Below are positions 29,632 through 38,322 of a stretch of DNA of 64,000 nt, piece by piece; within the stretch, counting starts at the first letter, position 1; each line of letters starts with the position of its first letter. The notes below the pieces were generated by a model that ran no database searches, was not told the origin of the DNA, and saw nothing but the letters and a program-made list of their open reading frames with translations. Origin of the DNA: Pseudomonadota bacterium (GTDB lineage Bacteria > Pseudomonadota > Alphaproteobacteria > Azospirillales > Azospirillaceae). Location: NCBI GenBank assembly GCA_023411035.1, contig JAEYPE010000084.1:132-64131 (forward strand), given 5' to 3'. The translations under genes and the position numbers were made by a program.

Positions 29632-31188
29632 TCAGTTTTTCCTTGCGGTGTCGTCAACGGGTGAAAGGGGCAGGGTGGCCGGGCCGTTCAGAACTGTCCC
29701 GTCCACCGCGAAGCGGGAGCCGTGGCAAGGGCAATCCCAGCTCCGCTCGCCCGGATTCCAGCGCACGACGCATTTCAGGTGCGTGCAGATGGCGGAGCGG
29801 CGGTGCAGCGCTCCGGACTCGTCGCGGAAGACGGCGATGGGCCAGCCGCCGGACTTCAGGACCGCGCCCTGGCCGGGTGCGATGCGGTCCTCCCCGTCCA
29901 GCTCCGGACCTTGGACGTAGGGCAGGAACTGGCGGGCCACATCCAGATTCTCCCGCAGATAGGCGCCGAACGTGCCGGCCATCTTCCGTCCGGGATCGTA
30001 CAGGGCGGCCCAGTGACTGCCGCTGCCGTGGATCAGCTCGCACAGGACCAGCCCGGCGATGGTGCCGTGGGTCATGCCCATGCCGCTGTCGCCGGTCGCC
30101 ACGAAGACCCGCCCGCCATAGGCCGGGTCGGGGCCGATGAAGGCCAGCCCGTCGAAGGGTTCCATCACCTGCCCGGACCAGCGGTGCTCCATCGCCCCGG
30201 CCTGGGGGAAATGCGCGCGCGTCCAGGCTTCCAGCGCGGCCCAGCGCTTCGCCATGTCGCGGGCCTCGCCGGTCTTGTGGTCCTCGCCGCCGACGATCAG
30301 CCGGTCGTCGTCCGCCTCCGGCTGGAGCCGCACGTAGTGATAGGGATCGAGCGTGTCCCAATAGAGGGCGTCGGGAACGCTTCCCTTCGGCACCCGGACG
30401 GAGATGGCGTAGGTGCGGTGGGGCGCCTGCTTGGAATGGATGGCGAAGCGGTCGCTGATCGGCGAATTGGTGGCGACGACGGCCGCGGCGGCCTCCACCA
30501 TGGCGTGATCCGGCCCGGCCTCGACCCGCACGCGCTCCCCGTCCTGCCGGACCGTTGAAACATGCGCCCCGATGGCGAGCGCGCCGCCGCGCGCCAGAAA
30601 AGCGCGGGTCAGCCCGGCCAGATAGTCCAGCGCGTGGATGCGCGCCTGTTGGGGGAAGCGCAGGCAGGGGCCGGGATGGCGGATGGGCGGCCGGTCCAGC
30701 CGCTCCACGTCGTCCAGCCCGGCGCGTCGGGCGGCGTCGCGCTCCCGGTCCAGCAGGGCGGGGTCCTGCCCCGGCGCCAGCATCAGATAGCCGTCGACGC
30801 GGGCGAAGCCGCACTCGATCCTCTCCTCGCGGGCGATCCGCTCGATGGCGTCGATGGCGGCGCCGTGGCTGTCCGCGGCCATGCGGGCGCCGGACTCGCT
30901 GTGCAGCCGTTCGATCTCGGTGAAACGGTCGTCGATGGCATTGGACAGATGCGCCGTGGTGCGCCCGGTTTCGCCGCTGCCGGGCGGTCCGTCGTTCAGC
31001 AGCAGAACCGATTTGCCCGAACGTTGGAGCAGATAGGCGGTGGTGACCCCGGCGATGCCCGCCCCCACGACGATCGCGTCGGGCCGCAGCGCGCCCAGGC
31101 CCACGGCGGTGGGTGCGACGGTCCCGGCGGGCATCGGTGACCCGCCGCGGTCCATCCAGACGGAGGTGGTTGCGCCGGAGCCCTGCAT
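29632..31188 (-). CDS. FAD-dependent oxidoreductase fused to a C-terminal Rieske [2Fe-2S] domain
   Basis: Dinucleotide fold VVGAGIAGVTTAYLL. Rieske ligands are CTHLKC...CPCHGSRF. The start is ATG 31188, preceded by GAGGGA. Confidence 0.8.
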   Translation of the reverse strand: MQGSGATTSVWMDRGGSPMPAGTVAPTAVGLGALRPDAIVVGAGIAGVTTAYLLQRSGKSVLLLNDGPPGSGETGRTTAHLSNAIDDRFTEIERLHSESGARMAADSHGAAIDAIERIAREERIECGFARVDGYLMLAPGQDPALLDRERDAARRAGLDDVERLDRPPIRHPGPCLRFPQQARIHALDYLAGLTRAFLARGGALAIGAHVSTVRQDGERVRVEAGPDHAMVEAAAAVVATNSPISDRFAIHSKQAPHRTYAISVRVPKGSVPDALYWDTLDPYHYVRLQPEADDDRLIVGGEDHKTGEARDMAKRWAALEAWTRAHFPQAGAMEHRWSGQVMEPFDGLAFIGPDPAYGGRVFVATGDSGMGMTHGTIAGLVLCELIHGSGSHWAALYDPGRKMAGTFGAYLRENLDVARQFLPYVQGPELDGEDRIAPGQGAVLKSGGWPIAVFRDESGALHRRSAICTHLKCVVRWNPGERSWDCPCHGSRFAVDGTVLNGPATLPLSPVDDTARKN

Positions 31189-31328
31189 GACCGGTCTTCC
31201 CTCAGTTGGCCGTTGGTATCCCGTCATCCTGGCAACACAGGGTGCGGCGGGGCGGTTCCGCCGCTTCCGCGCCCGGCCTTCGGCTGCTACGGTGTCGCCG
31301 ATCCGCCGTTTCACCGGACAACGCAGAC

Positions 31329-32993
31329 ATGACCGACCGCCTTTCCATCGCGCTGGCCCAGATCGACCCGACCGTCGGCAACATCACGGCCAACATCGAC
31401 CGCATCCGCAACGCGCGGGCGGAGGCCGCCGCCCGCGGCGCCGACCTGATGGTCTGTCCGGAACTGGTGATCACCGGCTACCCGCCGGAGGATCTGGTGC
31501 TGAAGCCCTTCTTCCTGGACGTGGTGGAAAAGGCGGTGCGCGATTTCGCCCTGGAGACGGCGGACGGCGGCCCGGCCCTGCTGGTCGGCGCGCCCTGGCG
31601 CGACGGCGGCAAGTGCCACAACGCGGCGCTGCTGCTGGACGGCGGCAAGATCGCGGCGACCCGTTTCAAGGTGGACCTGCCGAACTACGGCGTGTTCGAC
31701 GAGAAGCGCGTCTTCGTCCCCGGCCCGCTGCCCGGCCCGATCAATTTCCGCGGCGTGCGGCTGGGCGTTCCGATCTGCGAGGACATGTGGTCCACCGACG
31801 TGATCGAGACGCTGGCGGAAAGCGGGGCGGAGATCCTGGTGGTCCCCAACGGCAGCCCGTTCGAGGTCGGCAAGCACGACCAGCGCGTCCAACTCGCCGT
31901 GCAGCGGGTCACCGAGTCGGGGCTGCCCCTGCTCTACGTGAATCAGGTGGGCGGGCAGGACGAACTGGTCTTCGACGGAGCCAGCTTCGCGCTGGGCGCC
32001 GACCGCCGGCTGGTGGCGCAGGCCCCGTCCTTCGCCGAGCATCTGCTGATCACCCGCTGGGAGCGCGGCGCGGACGATGTGTGGCATTGCGCCGACGCGG
32101 AGCGCATCGCCCCGGCGGAGGAGCTTGATTCGATCTATACGGCGCTGGTGCTGGGCCTGCGCGACTATGTGAACAAGAACCGCTTCCCCGGCGTGATCCT
32201 GGGCCTGTCCGGCGGCATCGACTCGGCGCTGTCCGCGGCCATCGCGGTGGACGCGCTGGGCGCCGACCGGGTGCACGGCGTGATGATGCCGTCGCCCTAC
32301 ACCTCGCAGGAGAGCCTGGACGACGCCGCGGAATCGGCGGAACTGCTGGGCTGCAAGCTGGACACCGTTCCCATCGTCCCGGCGATGGAGGCGTTCGACC
32401 GGATGCTGCTGCCGGCCTTCGCGGGGCGCGATCCGGACATCACGGAAGAGAACATCCAGTCCCGCTCCCGCGGGATCACGCTGATGGCGCTGTCCAACAA
32501 GTTCGGCGCCATGGTGCTGTCCACCGGCAACAAGTCGGAGATGTCGGTCGGCTACGCCACGCTCTACGGCGACATGTGCGGCGGCTACGCCGTGCTGAAG
32601 GACGTCTACAAGACGACGGTCTACGCGATCTCGCGCTGGCGGAACGAGCATCTGCCGGAGGGCGCGCTCGGCCCGGCGGGCCGCGTCGTGCCGGAGCGCG
32701 TACTGGTCAAGGCCCCGACCGCGGAGCTGAAGCCCAACCAGACCGACCAGGACACGCTGCCGCCCTACGACGAGCTGGACGACATCCTGGAGTGTCTGGT
32801 GGAGGAGGACCTGGGCGTGCCGGAGATCGTCGCCCGCGGCCACGCGCCGGAGGTGGTGAACAAGGTCTGGCGCATGCTGCATCTGGCCGAATACAAACGC
32901 CGCCAGGCTCCTCCCGGCCCGAAGATCACCCGCCGCCTGTTCAACCGCGAGCGCCGCTACCCGATCACGAACGGGTTCACGAGCATCGTGTGA
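31329..32993 (+). CDS. nadE: glutamine-dependent NAD+ synthetase
   Basis: N-terminal nitrilase-type domain (LSIALAQIDPTVGNI...VCPEL) and C-terminal synthetase domain (LGLSGGIDSAL). The start is ATG 31329. Confidence 0.9.
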   Translation: MTDRLSIALAQIDPTVGNITANIDRIRNARAEAAARGADLMVCPELVITGYPPEDLVLKPFFLDVVEKAVRDFALETADGGPALLVGAPWRDGGKCHNAALLLDGGKIAATRFKVDLPNYGVFDEKRVFVPGPLPGPINFRGVRLGVPICEDMWSTDVIETLAESGAEILVVPNGSPFEVGKHDQRVQLAVQRVTESGLPLLYVNQVGGQDELVFDGASFALGADRRLVAQAPSFAEHLLITRWERGADDVWHCADAERIAPAEELDSIYTALVLGLRDYVNKNRFPGVILGLSGGIDSALSAAIAVDALGADRVHGVMMPSPYTSQESLDDAAESAELLGCKLDTVPIVPAMEAFDRMLLPAFAGRDPDITEENIQSRSRGITLMALSNKFGAMVLSTGNKSEMSVGYATLYGDMCGGYAVLKDVYKTTVYAISRWRNEHLPEGALGPAGRVVPERVLVKAPTAELKPNQTDQDTLPPYDELDDILECLVEEDLGVPEIVARGHAPEVVNKVWRMLHLAEYKRRQAPPGPKITRRLFNRERRYPITNGFTSIV

Positions 32994-33008
32994 GGGGTGT
33001 TGAGACAG

Positions 33009-33098
33009 GCCCCCTCCCCAACCCTCCCCCGCCTTCGGCGAGGGAGGGGGGCAATCTCCCTCCCCTGCGAAGCGGGGGAGGGTCGGGGAGGGGGCAAG
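33009..33098. repeat. REP-like G/C-rich composite palindromic element, copy B
   Basis: GCCCCCTCCCCAACCCTCCCCCGCCTTCGGCGAGGGAGGGGGGCAA...CCCTCCCCTGCGAAGCGGGGGAGGGTCGGGGAGGGGGCAAG. It lies between convergent stops (nadE and the 75-aa ORF). Confidence 0.8.
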
Positions 33099-33107
33099 GC
33101 TTTCCCC

Positions 33108-33335
33108 TCACCCGCGCGTCAGGCGGATGATCGTCACCATCATGCCGACCGCGTAAAGCTCGGCCAGCGGAACGATCCAGGAGGGATGGAAGAGGATCGC
33201 CAGCGGCATGATCAGCAGCAGGATCAACGCCGGGAACACGAAGTACGGCGAATTGCAGTAAGCCGGAAGGCCGTGGATGCGGCCGGGCTCTTCGCCAATC
33301 AAATCGTTGGCGGAGCCAACAGTTTGGTCAGTCAT
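33108..33335 (-). CDS. small hypothetical membrane protein (two predicted TM helices)
   Basis: 75 aa. The hydrophobic stretches are YFVFPALILLLIMPLAILF and IVPLAELYAVGMMVTII. The upstream region is AT-rich. No homology is recognisable by eye. Confidence 0.45.
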   Translation of the reverse strand: MTDQTVGSANDLIGEEPGRIHGLPAYCNSPYFVFPALILLLIMPLAILFHPSWIVPLAELYAVGMMVTIIRLTRG

Positions 33336-33492
33336 TCTCTAACACTCACTGTATTTATGGTCTTTATTTTCTCCATCTCTCTGGGATGGAGCGGCGTCCC
33401 CATAGCATATTTTGCCAAGCTGCGGGCATGACTTCGCGCCGTCTTGCCGGATGGCGAAAACGGCGCGGAAAGTCCTGAATTTTATTATGGCT

Positions 33493-34062
33493 TTAGGCCG
33501 CTTCGGTGAGCGCCAGATGCGGGCGGCGGACCATCGACTGGATGGTGAAGGGCGCGCGCACGCCGCCGCTGAACAGTTCGGCGCATTCCAGCGCCTTCCG
33601 CACCCGCTCCTCCGCCGGCAGACCGACCGTGGAGGCCAGCGAACCCAGCGCGTAGTCCGATCCGCAGCCGATGGCATGATAGCCGCGCACGGCCTCGCCC
33701 ACCTGATAGTCGGACTGGATGGAGAAAAGCCGCCCCTCGTACCCCACCATGAAGGTGCCGCCCGTCTCCACGTCGTTGGAGCGGTGGGCGTAGCCGCCGT
33801 CCTTCAGACAGCCGCGAACGGCGTCCACGAAATCCACGACCATGTAGCGGAAGACGTCAGCCTCGGGGTCGCGGTGCGGCGGCTCCAGCCGGTAGTGCAG
33901 AAGCTGGCCCATGCGGAAGCTGCTGGTGAAGCCGATCAGCATGTCGGCGTTGCGGAACACCTTGGTGTCCGCGCGCACGGTGATGTCCAGGCCGTTCACG
34001 CCCGCGCTGTCACCGCCCATCCACACACGATCGCCGTCCACCAAGCCAACAATGCAGGTCAT
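33493..34062 (-). CDS. orphan proteasome-beta/HslV-like Ntn threonine peptidase
   Basis: 189 aa starting MTCIVG. In mature numbering Thr1, Asp17 (GGDSAG) and Lys33 (DTKVF) are all in register. AIGCGSDYA matches the GSG loop. The first ~50 aa align gap-free by eye to E. coli HslV. No AAA+ gene is adjacent. Confidence 0.7.
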   Translation of the reverse strand: MTCIVGLVDGDRVWMGGDSAGVNGLDITVRADTKVFRNADMLIGFTSSFRMGQLLHYRLEPPHRDPEADVFRYMVVDFVDAVRGCLKDGGYAHRSNDVETGGTFMVGYEGRLFSIQSDYQVGEAVRGYHAIGCGSDYALGSLASTVGLPAEERVRKALECAELFSGGVRAPFTIQSMVRRPHLALTEAA

Positions 34063-34204
34063 CGTCGTTCTCGTCCCTGAATAAACTTCAACTGAAAGCA
34101 GGGACAGGATGGATTTTTATGGTTAAAAAATTATTGACAGACAGTGGTGCCGAAGGGAGTAACCCACTTCGGCACCTCACCATTACCTTGGGCGTGACAG
34201 GAGT

Positions 34205-34873
34205 TCAGCGGATCAGCCCGATCAGTGCACGGACGGTGTTCTCCGCCCCCTCGGCGATCTGCGCAACGGTGGCGTCCAGCATGTAGCAGGGGGAGGTGAC
34301 AACCTTCAGCCGGTTGTCGATGACGATCTCGCCATGGCCGGTGACGCTGTGTTTCGCCCCCAGGCTCTCCAGCGCGGCGGCGGTCCCGGCGTCGGAGCCG
34401 ATGGTGACCTCCACGCCCTCCGCGCCGAACAGCTTCGCCAGGATGGCCGGGGCGATGCACAGGGCGCCGATGGGCTTGCCGGCGTCGCGCATGGCGCGCA
34501 CGGCCTTCTCCACGTCCGGGTTGACCGCGCAGTCCGGCCCCTTGAAGGCGAAGTCGCACAGGTTCTTGGCCGCCCCGAAACCGCCGGGGAAGATCAGCGC
34601 GTCCACCGCGGCGGCGTCGAAGCCGGCGAGGTCGGCGACCTTGCCGCGGGCGATGCGCGCGGACTCGGCCAGGACGTTGCGGGTTTCGGCCGCCTTCTCG
34701 CCGGTCAGGTGGTTGACGACATGGGCCTGCGGGACGTTGGGGGCGAAGCACACGGCCTCCGCCCCGGCGCGGCTGATCGCCAGCAGGGTGCACACCGCCT
34801 CGTGAATCTCCGCCCCGTCATAGACTCCGCAGCCCGAGAGCACGACCGCGATCCGCAACGGCCTGTCCGCCAT
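34205..34873 (-). CDS. elbB: DJ-1/PfpI-family glyoxalase ElbB-like protein
   Basis: LRIAVVLSGCGVYDGAEIHEAV...GALCIAP. The start is ATG 34873, with GGAGGA 8 nt upstream. It lies 94 bp downstream of ipdC on the same strand. Confidence 0.8.
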   Translation of the reverse strand: MADRPLRIAVVLSGCGVYDGAEIHEAVCTLLAISRAGAEAVCFAPNVPQAHVVNHLTGEKAAETRNVLAESARIARGKVADLAGFDAAAVDALIFPGGFGAAKNLCDFAFKGPDCAVNPDVEKAVRAMRDAGKPIGALCIAPAILAKLFGAEGVEVTIGSDAGTAAALESLGAKHSVTGHGEIVIDNRLKVVTSPCYMLDATVAQIAEGAENTVRALIGLIR

Positions 34874-34967
34874 CTTGTGTTCCTCCTGGTTCATGGTTTT
34901 CCGCCCCGTGGGGAAGGGTTGCCGCGAATCCTACCCCACGGCCGCGCTCGCGCCTACACCCCCGCAC

Positions 34968-36605
34968 CTACTCCCTGGGCGCGGCGTGCAGACGCTTCTG
35001 TCCCTGGACGAAGCGGGCCAGAGTGTCGGACAGGACGCCGCGGGGGATCATCGCCTCGATCAACTGGAAACGCCCGCGCGTGGCGAAGGCCCTGTCCAGC
35101 GCCGCCTTCAGTTCCGCCCGCGTGCGCACCCGCAAGCCGTCGCCGCCCATGCCCGCGGCCATCTCGGCGAAGCGCCAGTCGTCCAGGTCGTTGAAGGCGG
35201 ATTCGGGCTGGAAGGTGCGCAGCATCTCCCAACTGGCGTTGTTGAACAGGATCACGATGGGGTCGATGCCCAGACGTCGGCAATTGCCAAGCTCCCACCC
35301 GGTCATCTGGAAGGCGCCGTCGCCGACCACGGTCAGGACGCGCTTGCCGCCCGCCACGCACTGCGCCCCGATGCCCGCCGGCACGCCGAAGCCCATGCCC
35401 GCGTAATAGCCCGGCGCCATCAGGCCGGCGTCGATCATGTCCATGGCGGTGAACAGGCAGTCGCCCATGTCCGACGCGATCAGCAGCGGCTCCTGCCCGG
35501 CGCGGATGCGGTCGTTGACGGCGCGGGCGATGTCCATCGGGGCGATCGGCTGGTCATCCGCCTGAAGGCCGGTGGGGTACTGGTGCGCGGCCCTGCCGCG
35601 GGTCGTCCGGTCGGACGGCGGCAGCCGCTCCAGCAGGGCGTCCACCAGCCCGTCCAGCGGGATGTCCGCATAGGTGTGATAGCCAAGCGTCACCGCCCGG
35701 TCGAAGGCGTGGATGGTCTTGCGCAGGTCGATCTTGCGCTGGGACACGGCGAAGTTGGTGTCGCTGAGGATCGCGCCCAGCAGGAACAGCCCGTCCGACT
35801 CCTCGACCAGCCGGGTGATCTCGGCATCGCCCGCGACGCCGATGTAGGTGCCGAGCGGCGGGGTCGGCGCGTCGGCCAGCAGGCCGCGGCCCATGAAGGT
35901 GGTCACCACCGGCACGCCCAGCCGCTGCGCCAGTTCCGCCACCTTGGCCTCCAGCCCGTAGCGGCGGACCTCCACGCAGACCATCAGCACCGGCGATTTG
36001 GCCGCCCGCATGGCCGCCAGAACCTCGTCCGCGCAGGCGGCGAGCGCGTCGCGGTCCACCGGCTGGACCGGATCGTCCCCCACCGGCCCGACCTCCGCAT
36101 TCACCATGTTGCGGGGGATTTCCAGATAGACGGGGCGCGACAGGGCGCGGGCGGCGCCTAGCACGCGGGCGATCTCCGCCGGGGCCTTGGCCGGGTCGTC
36201 CAGCCGCGCCTGGGCCACGGTGATCTCCTTGAACACCTGGAATTGCGTGTCCAGCGTGCGGCCCTGGTGGTGCAGCAGCAGGCCGGCGTTGCCCTCCGTC
36301 GTGCCCGGCGCGCCGGAGATGACGACGACCGGCGACTTCTCGGCATAGGCGCCGGCCACCGCGTTCACCATGTTGAAGGCCCCGGCCCCGTAGGTGACCG
36401 CCGCCACCCCCAGAGTGGAGCTGTAGCGCGCCGCCGCGTCCGCCGCGAAGCCCACCGCCGGTTCGTGGCTCAGCGTGTGGAGCGGCAGGATCTGCGTTTC
36501 CTCCGCCACCTTGAAGAAGGGCAGGGCGAAATCGCCCGGAATCCCGAACATGGCCTGTGCGCCGCGGTCCTTCAGCGCGTGCAGCAGGGCTTCGGCCAGC
36601 TTCAT
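34968..36605 (-). CDS. ipdC: indole-3-pyruvate/phenylpyruvate decarboxylase (ThDP-dependent)
   Basis: 545 aa from MKLAEALLHALKDRGAQAMFGIPGDFALPFF, with the ThDP motif GDGAFQMT...NN. The sequence and the divergent gltX neighbour match my memory of Azospirillum brasilense ipdC. The tracked 689-aa ORF is over-extended. Confidence 0.9.
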   Translation of the reverse strand: MKLAEALLHALKDRGAQAMFGIPGDFALPFFKVAEETQILPLHTLSHEPAVGFAADAAARYSSTLGVAAVTYGAGAFNMVNAVAGAYAEKSPVVVISGAPGTTEGNAGLLLHHQGRTLDTQFQVFKEITVAQARLDDPAKAPAEIARVLGAARALSRPVYLEIPRNMVNAEVGPVGDDPVQPVDRDALAACADEVLAAMRAAKSPVLMVCVEVRRYGLEAKVAELAQRLGVPVVTTFMGRGLLADAPTPPLGTYIGVAGDAEITRLVEESDGLFLLGAILSDTNFAVSQRKIDLRKTIHAFDRAVTLGYHTYADIPLDGLVDALLERLPPSDRTTRGRAAHQYPTGLQADDQPIAPMDIARAVNDRIRAGQEPLLIASDMGDCLFTAMDMIDAGLMAPGYYAGMGFGVPAGIGAQCVAGGKRVLTVVGDGAFQMTGWELGNCRRLGIDPIVILFNNASWEMLRTFQPESAFNDLDDWRFAEMAAGMGGDGLRVRTRAELKAALDRAFATRGRFQLIEAMIPRGVLSDTLARFVQGQKRLHAAPRE

Positions 36606-36654
36606 GGCCGCTCTCCCGTTCCAATTGGTTTCGCGGACCCATGGCCCGCACATG

Positions 36655-36711
36655 GGGACAGCATCGCCTTGCGCACCGTTCCGCGCAATGATCGTTTCAT
36701 TCGAAACCATC
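36655..36711 (-). promoter_or_regulatory. ipdC upstream elements: TGTCCC (AuxRE-like) and GTTTC-GAAT-GAAAC inverted repeat
   Basis: TGTCCC is on the minus strand at 36660-36655. The dyad GATGGTTTC-GAAT-GAAACGATC is at 36711-36690. These lie about 50 and 90-105 nt upstream of the ipdC ATG. Both resemble elements reported for the A. brasilense ipdC promoter, as I recall them. Confidence 0.5.
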
Positions 36712-36888
36712 CCTTCGCGCGGGAAATTGTGGAGTGGCGGAAGCCGCGCTTGATATCCCCTCTCCCATCCCGGGAAAGGGATGTTCTCCAAACGCGATAG
36801 GCCCCGCGGCGCCCGATGGGCGTCTTTCGAACCGGCGCGGGGCGTGCTACGACTGCCAGCCTGTTCCCGACCTTCGAATGATGCCCGC

Positions 36889-38247
36889 ATGTCCGTCGCT
36901 GTCCGCTTCGCCCCCAGCCCAACCGGCCTCCTGCACGTCGGCAATGTGCGCCTCGCGCTCGTCAACTGGCTGTTCGCGCGCAAGGCCGGCGGCAACTTCC
37001 TGCTGCGCCTCGACGACACGGACGAGGAACGGTCCAAGCCCGAATACGCGGAGGGGATCGAGCGGGATCTGACCTGGCTCGGCCTGACCTGGGACCGTTT
37101 CGCGCGGGAAAGCGACCGCTATGGCCGCTATGACGAGGTGGCGGCGGCGCTGAAGGCCGCCGGGCGGCTCTACCCCTGCTACGAGACGCCGGAAGAGCTG
37201 AACCTCAAGCGCGCCAGCCTCGTGTCGCAGGGCCGCCCGCCGATCTACGGCCGCGCCGCGCTCCGCCTGACCGACGCCGACCGCGCCCGCCTCGAATCGG
37301 AGGGGCGCAAGCCGCACTGGCGCTTCAAGCTGGAGCACACGCCGGTCGAATGGACCGACCTCGTGCGCGGGCCGGTGCATTTCGAAGGCTCGGCGCTCAG
37401 CGATCCCGTGCTGATCCGCGAGGACGGGCGCCCGCTCTACACCCTGACCAGCGTGGTGGACGACGCCGACCTCGGCATCACCCACGTCATCCGGGGCGAG
37501 GATCACGTCGCCAACACGGCGGTGCAGATCCAGATTTTCGAGGCGCTCAAGAACAATGAGGGCGCCGCCGCCGTCCCGGTCTTCGCCCATCTGCCGCTGC
37601 TGACCGACGCGGCGGGGCAGGGCCTGTCCAAGCGGCTGGGCAGCCTGTCCGTGGCCAGCTTGCGGGAGGAGGACGGGATCGAGCCGATGGCGCTGGCCAG
37701 CCTGCTCGCCAAGCTCGGCACCTCCGACCCCATCGAGCCGCGGCTGACGCTGGGCGAACTGGTGGCCGAGTTCGACATCGCCAAGGTGTCCCGCGCCACC
37801 CCGAAGTTCGACCCGGAGGAGCTGGTGCGGCTGAACGCCCGCATCCTCCACCTGCTGCCCTTCGAGCGCGTGGCGGCGGAGCTGGCCGCGCTGGGGCTGG
37901 AGGGGGCCGACGCAAGCTTCTGGGAGGCGGTGCGCCCCAACCTGTCCCGCATCGCGGAGGCGCGCGACTGGTGGGCGGTGACCCACGCTCCGGTCGCTCC
38001 GGTGGCGGACGATCCCGCCTTCCTGGCCGAGGCGGCGGCCCTGCTGCCGGAGGAGCCCTGGGACCTCTCCACCTGGGGGGCCTGGACCGGCGCGGTGAAG
38101 GGAAAGACGGGGCGGAAGGGCAAGGATCTGTTCCTCCCCCTGCGCCGCGCCCTGACCGGGCGGGACCATGGACCGGAGTTGAAGAACCTGCTACCCCTGA
38201 TCGGCCGCGCCCGCGCATGCAAGCGCCTCGCGGGAGAGACGGCCTGA
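36889..38247 (+). CDS. gltX: glutamyl-tRNA synthetase
   Basis: [16 protein letters not shown] (HIGH-type) and LSKR (KMSKS-type). The start is ATG 36889. Confidence 0.9.
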   Translation: MSVAVRFAPSPTGLLHVGNVRLALVNWLFARKAGGNFLLRLDDTDEERSKPEYAEGIERDLTWLGLTWDRFARESDRYGRYDEVAAALKAAGRLYPCYETPEELNLKRASLVSQGRPPIYGRAALRLTDADRARLESEGRKPHWRFKLEHTPVEWTDLVRGPVHFEGSALSDPVLIREDGRPLYTLTSVVDDADLGITHVIRGEDHVANTAVQIQIFEALKNNEGAAAVPVFAHLPLLTDAAGQGLSKRLGSLSVASLREEDGIEPMALASLLAKLGTSDPIEPRLTLGELVAEFDIAKVSRATPKFDPEELVRLNARILHLLPFERVAAELAALGLEGADASFWEAVRPNLSRIAEARDWWAVTHAPVAPVADDPAFLAEAAALLPEEPWDLSTWGAWTGAVKGKTGRKGKDLFLPLRRALTGRDHGPELKNLLPLIGRARACKRLAGETA

Positions 38248-38254
38248 ATCCCTT

Positions 38255-38296
38255 TTCCCCATCCCCGGTCTTCCCCCGCTGGGCGGGGGAGGGGGA
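38255..38296. repeat. REP-like G/C-rich palindromic element, short copy C
   Basis: CCCCATCCCCGGTCTTCCCCCGCTGGGCGGGGGAGGGGGAG is related to one arm of copies A and B. It lies between gltX and cysS. Confidence 0.6.
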
Positions 38297-38322
38297 GCAA
38301 CACTGACAGGAGACATGGCGCC

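Noticed and set aside
33339-33677. 112-aa minus-strand ORF between the small membrane ORF and the peptidase gene
   Set aside because: It overlaps the 3' end of the proteasome-like gene in another frame and spans AT-rich intergenic DNA. It has poor codon bias.
34968-37037. 689-aa extended IpdC ORF
   Set aside because: The upstream 144 codons run through the ipdC-gltX promoter region and into gltX on the opposite strand. The known-length 545-aa protein starts at MKLAEALL (ATG 36605).
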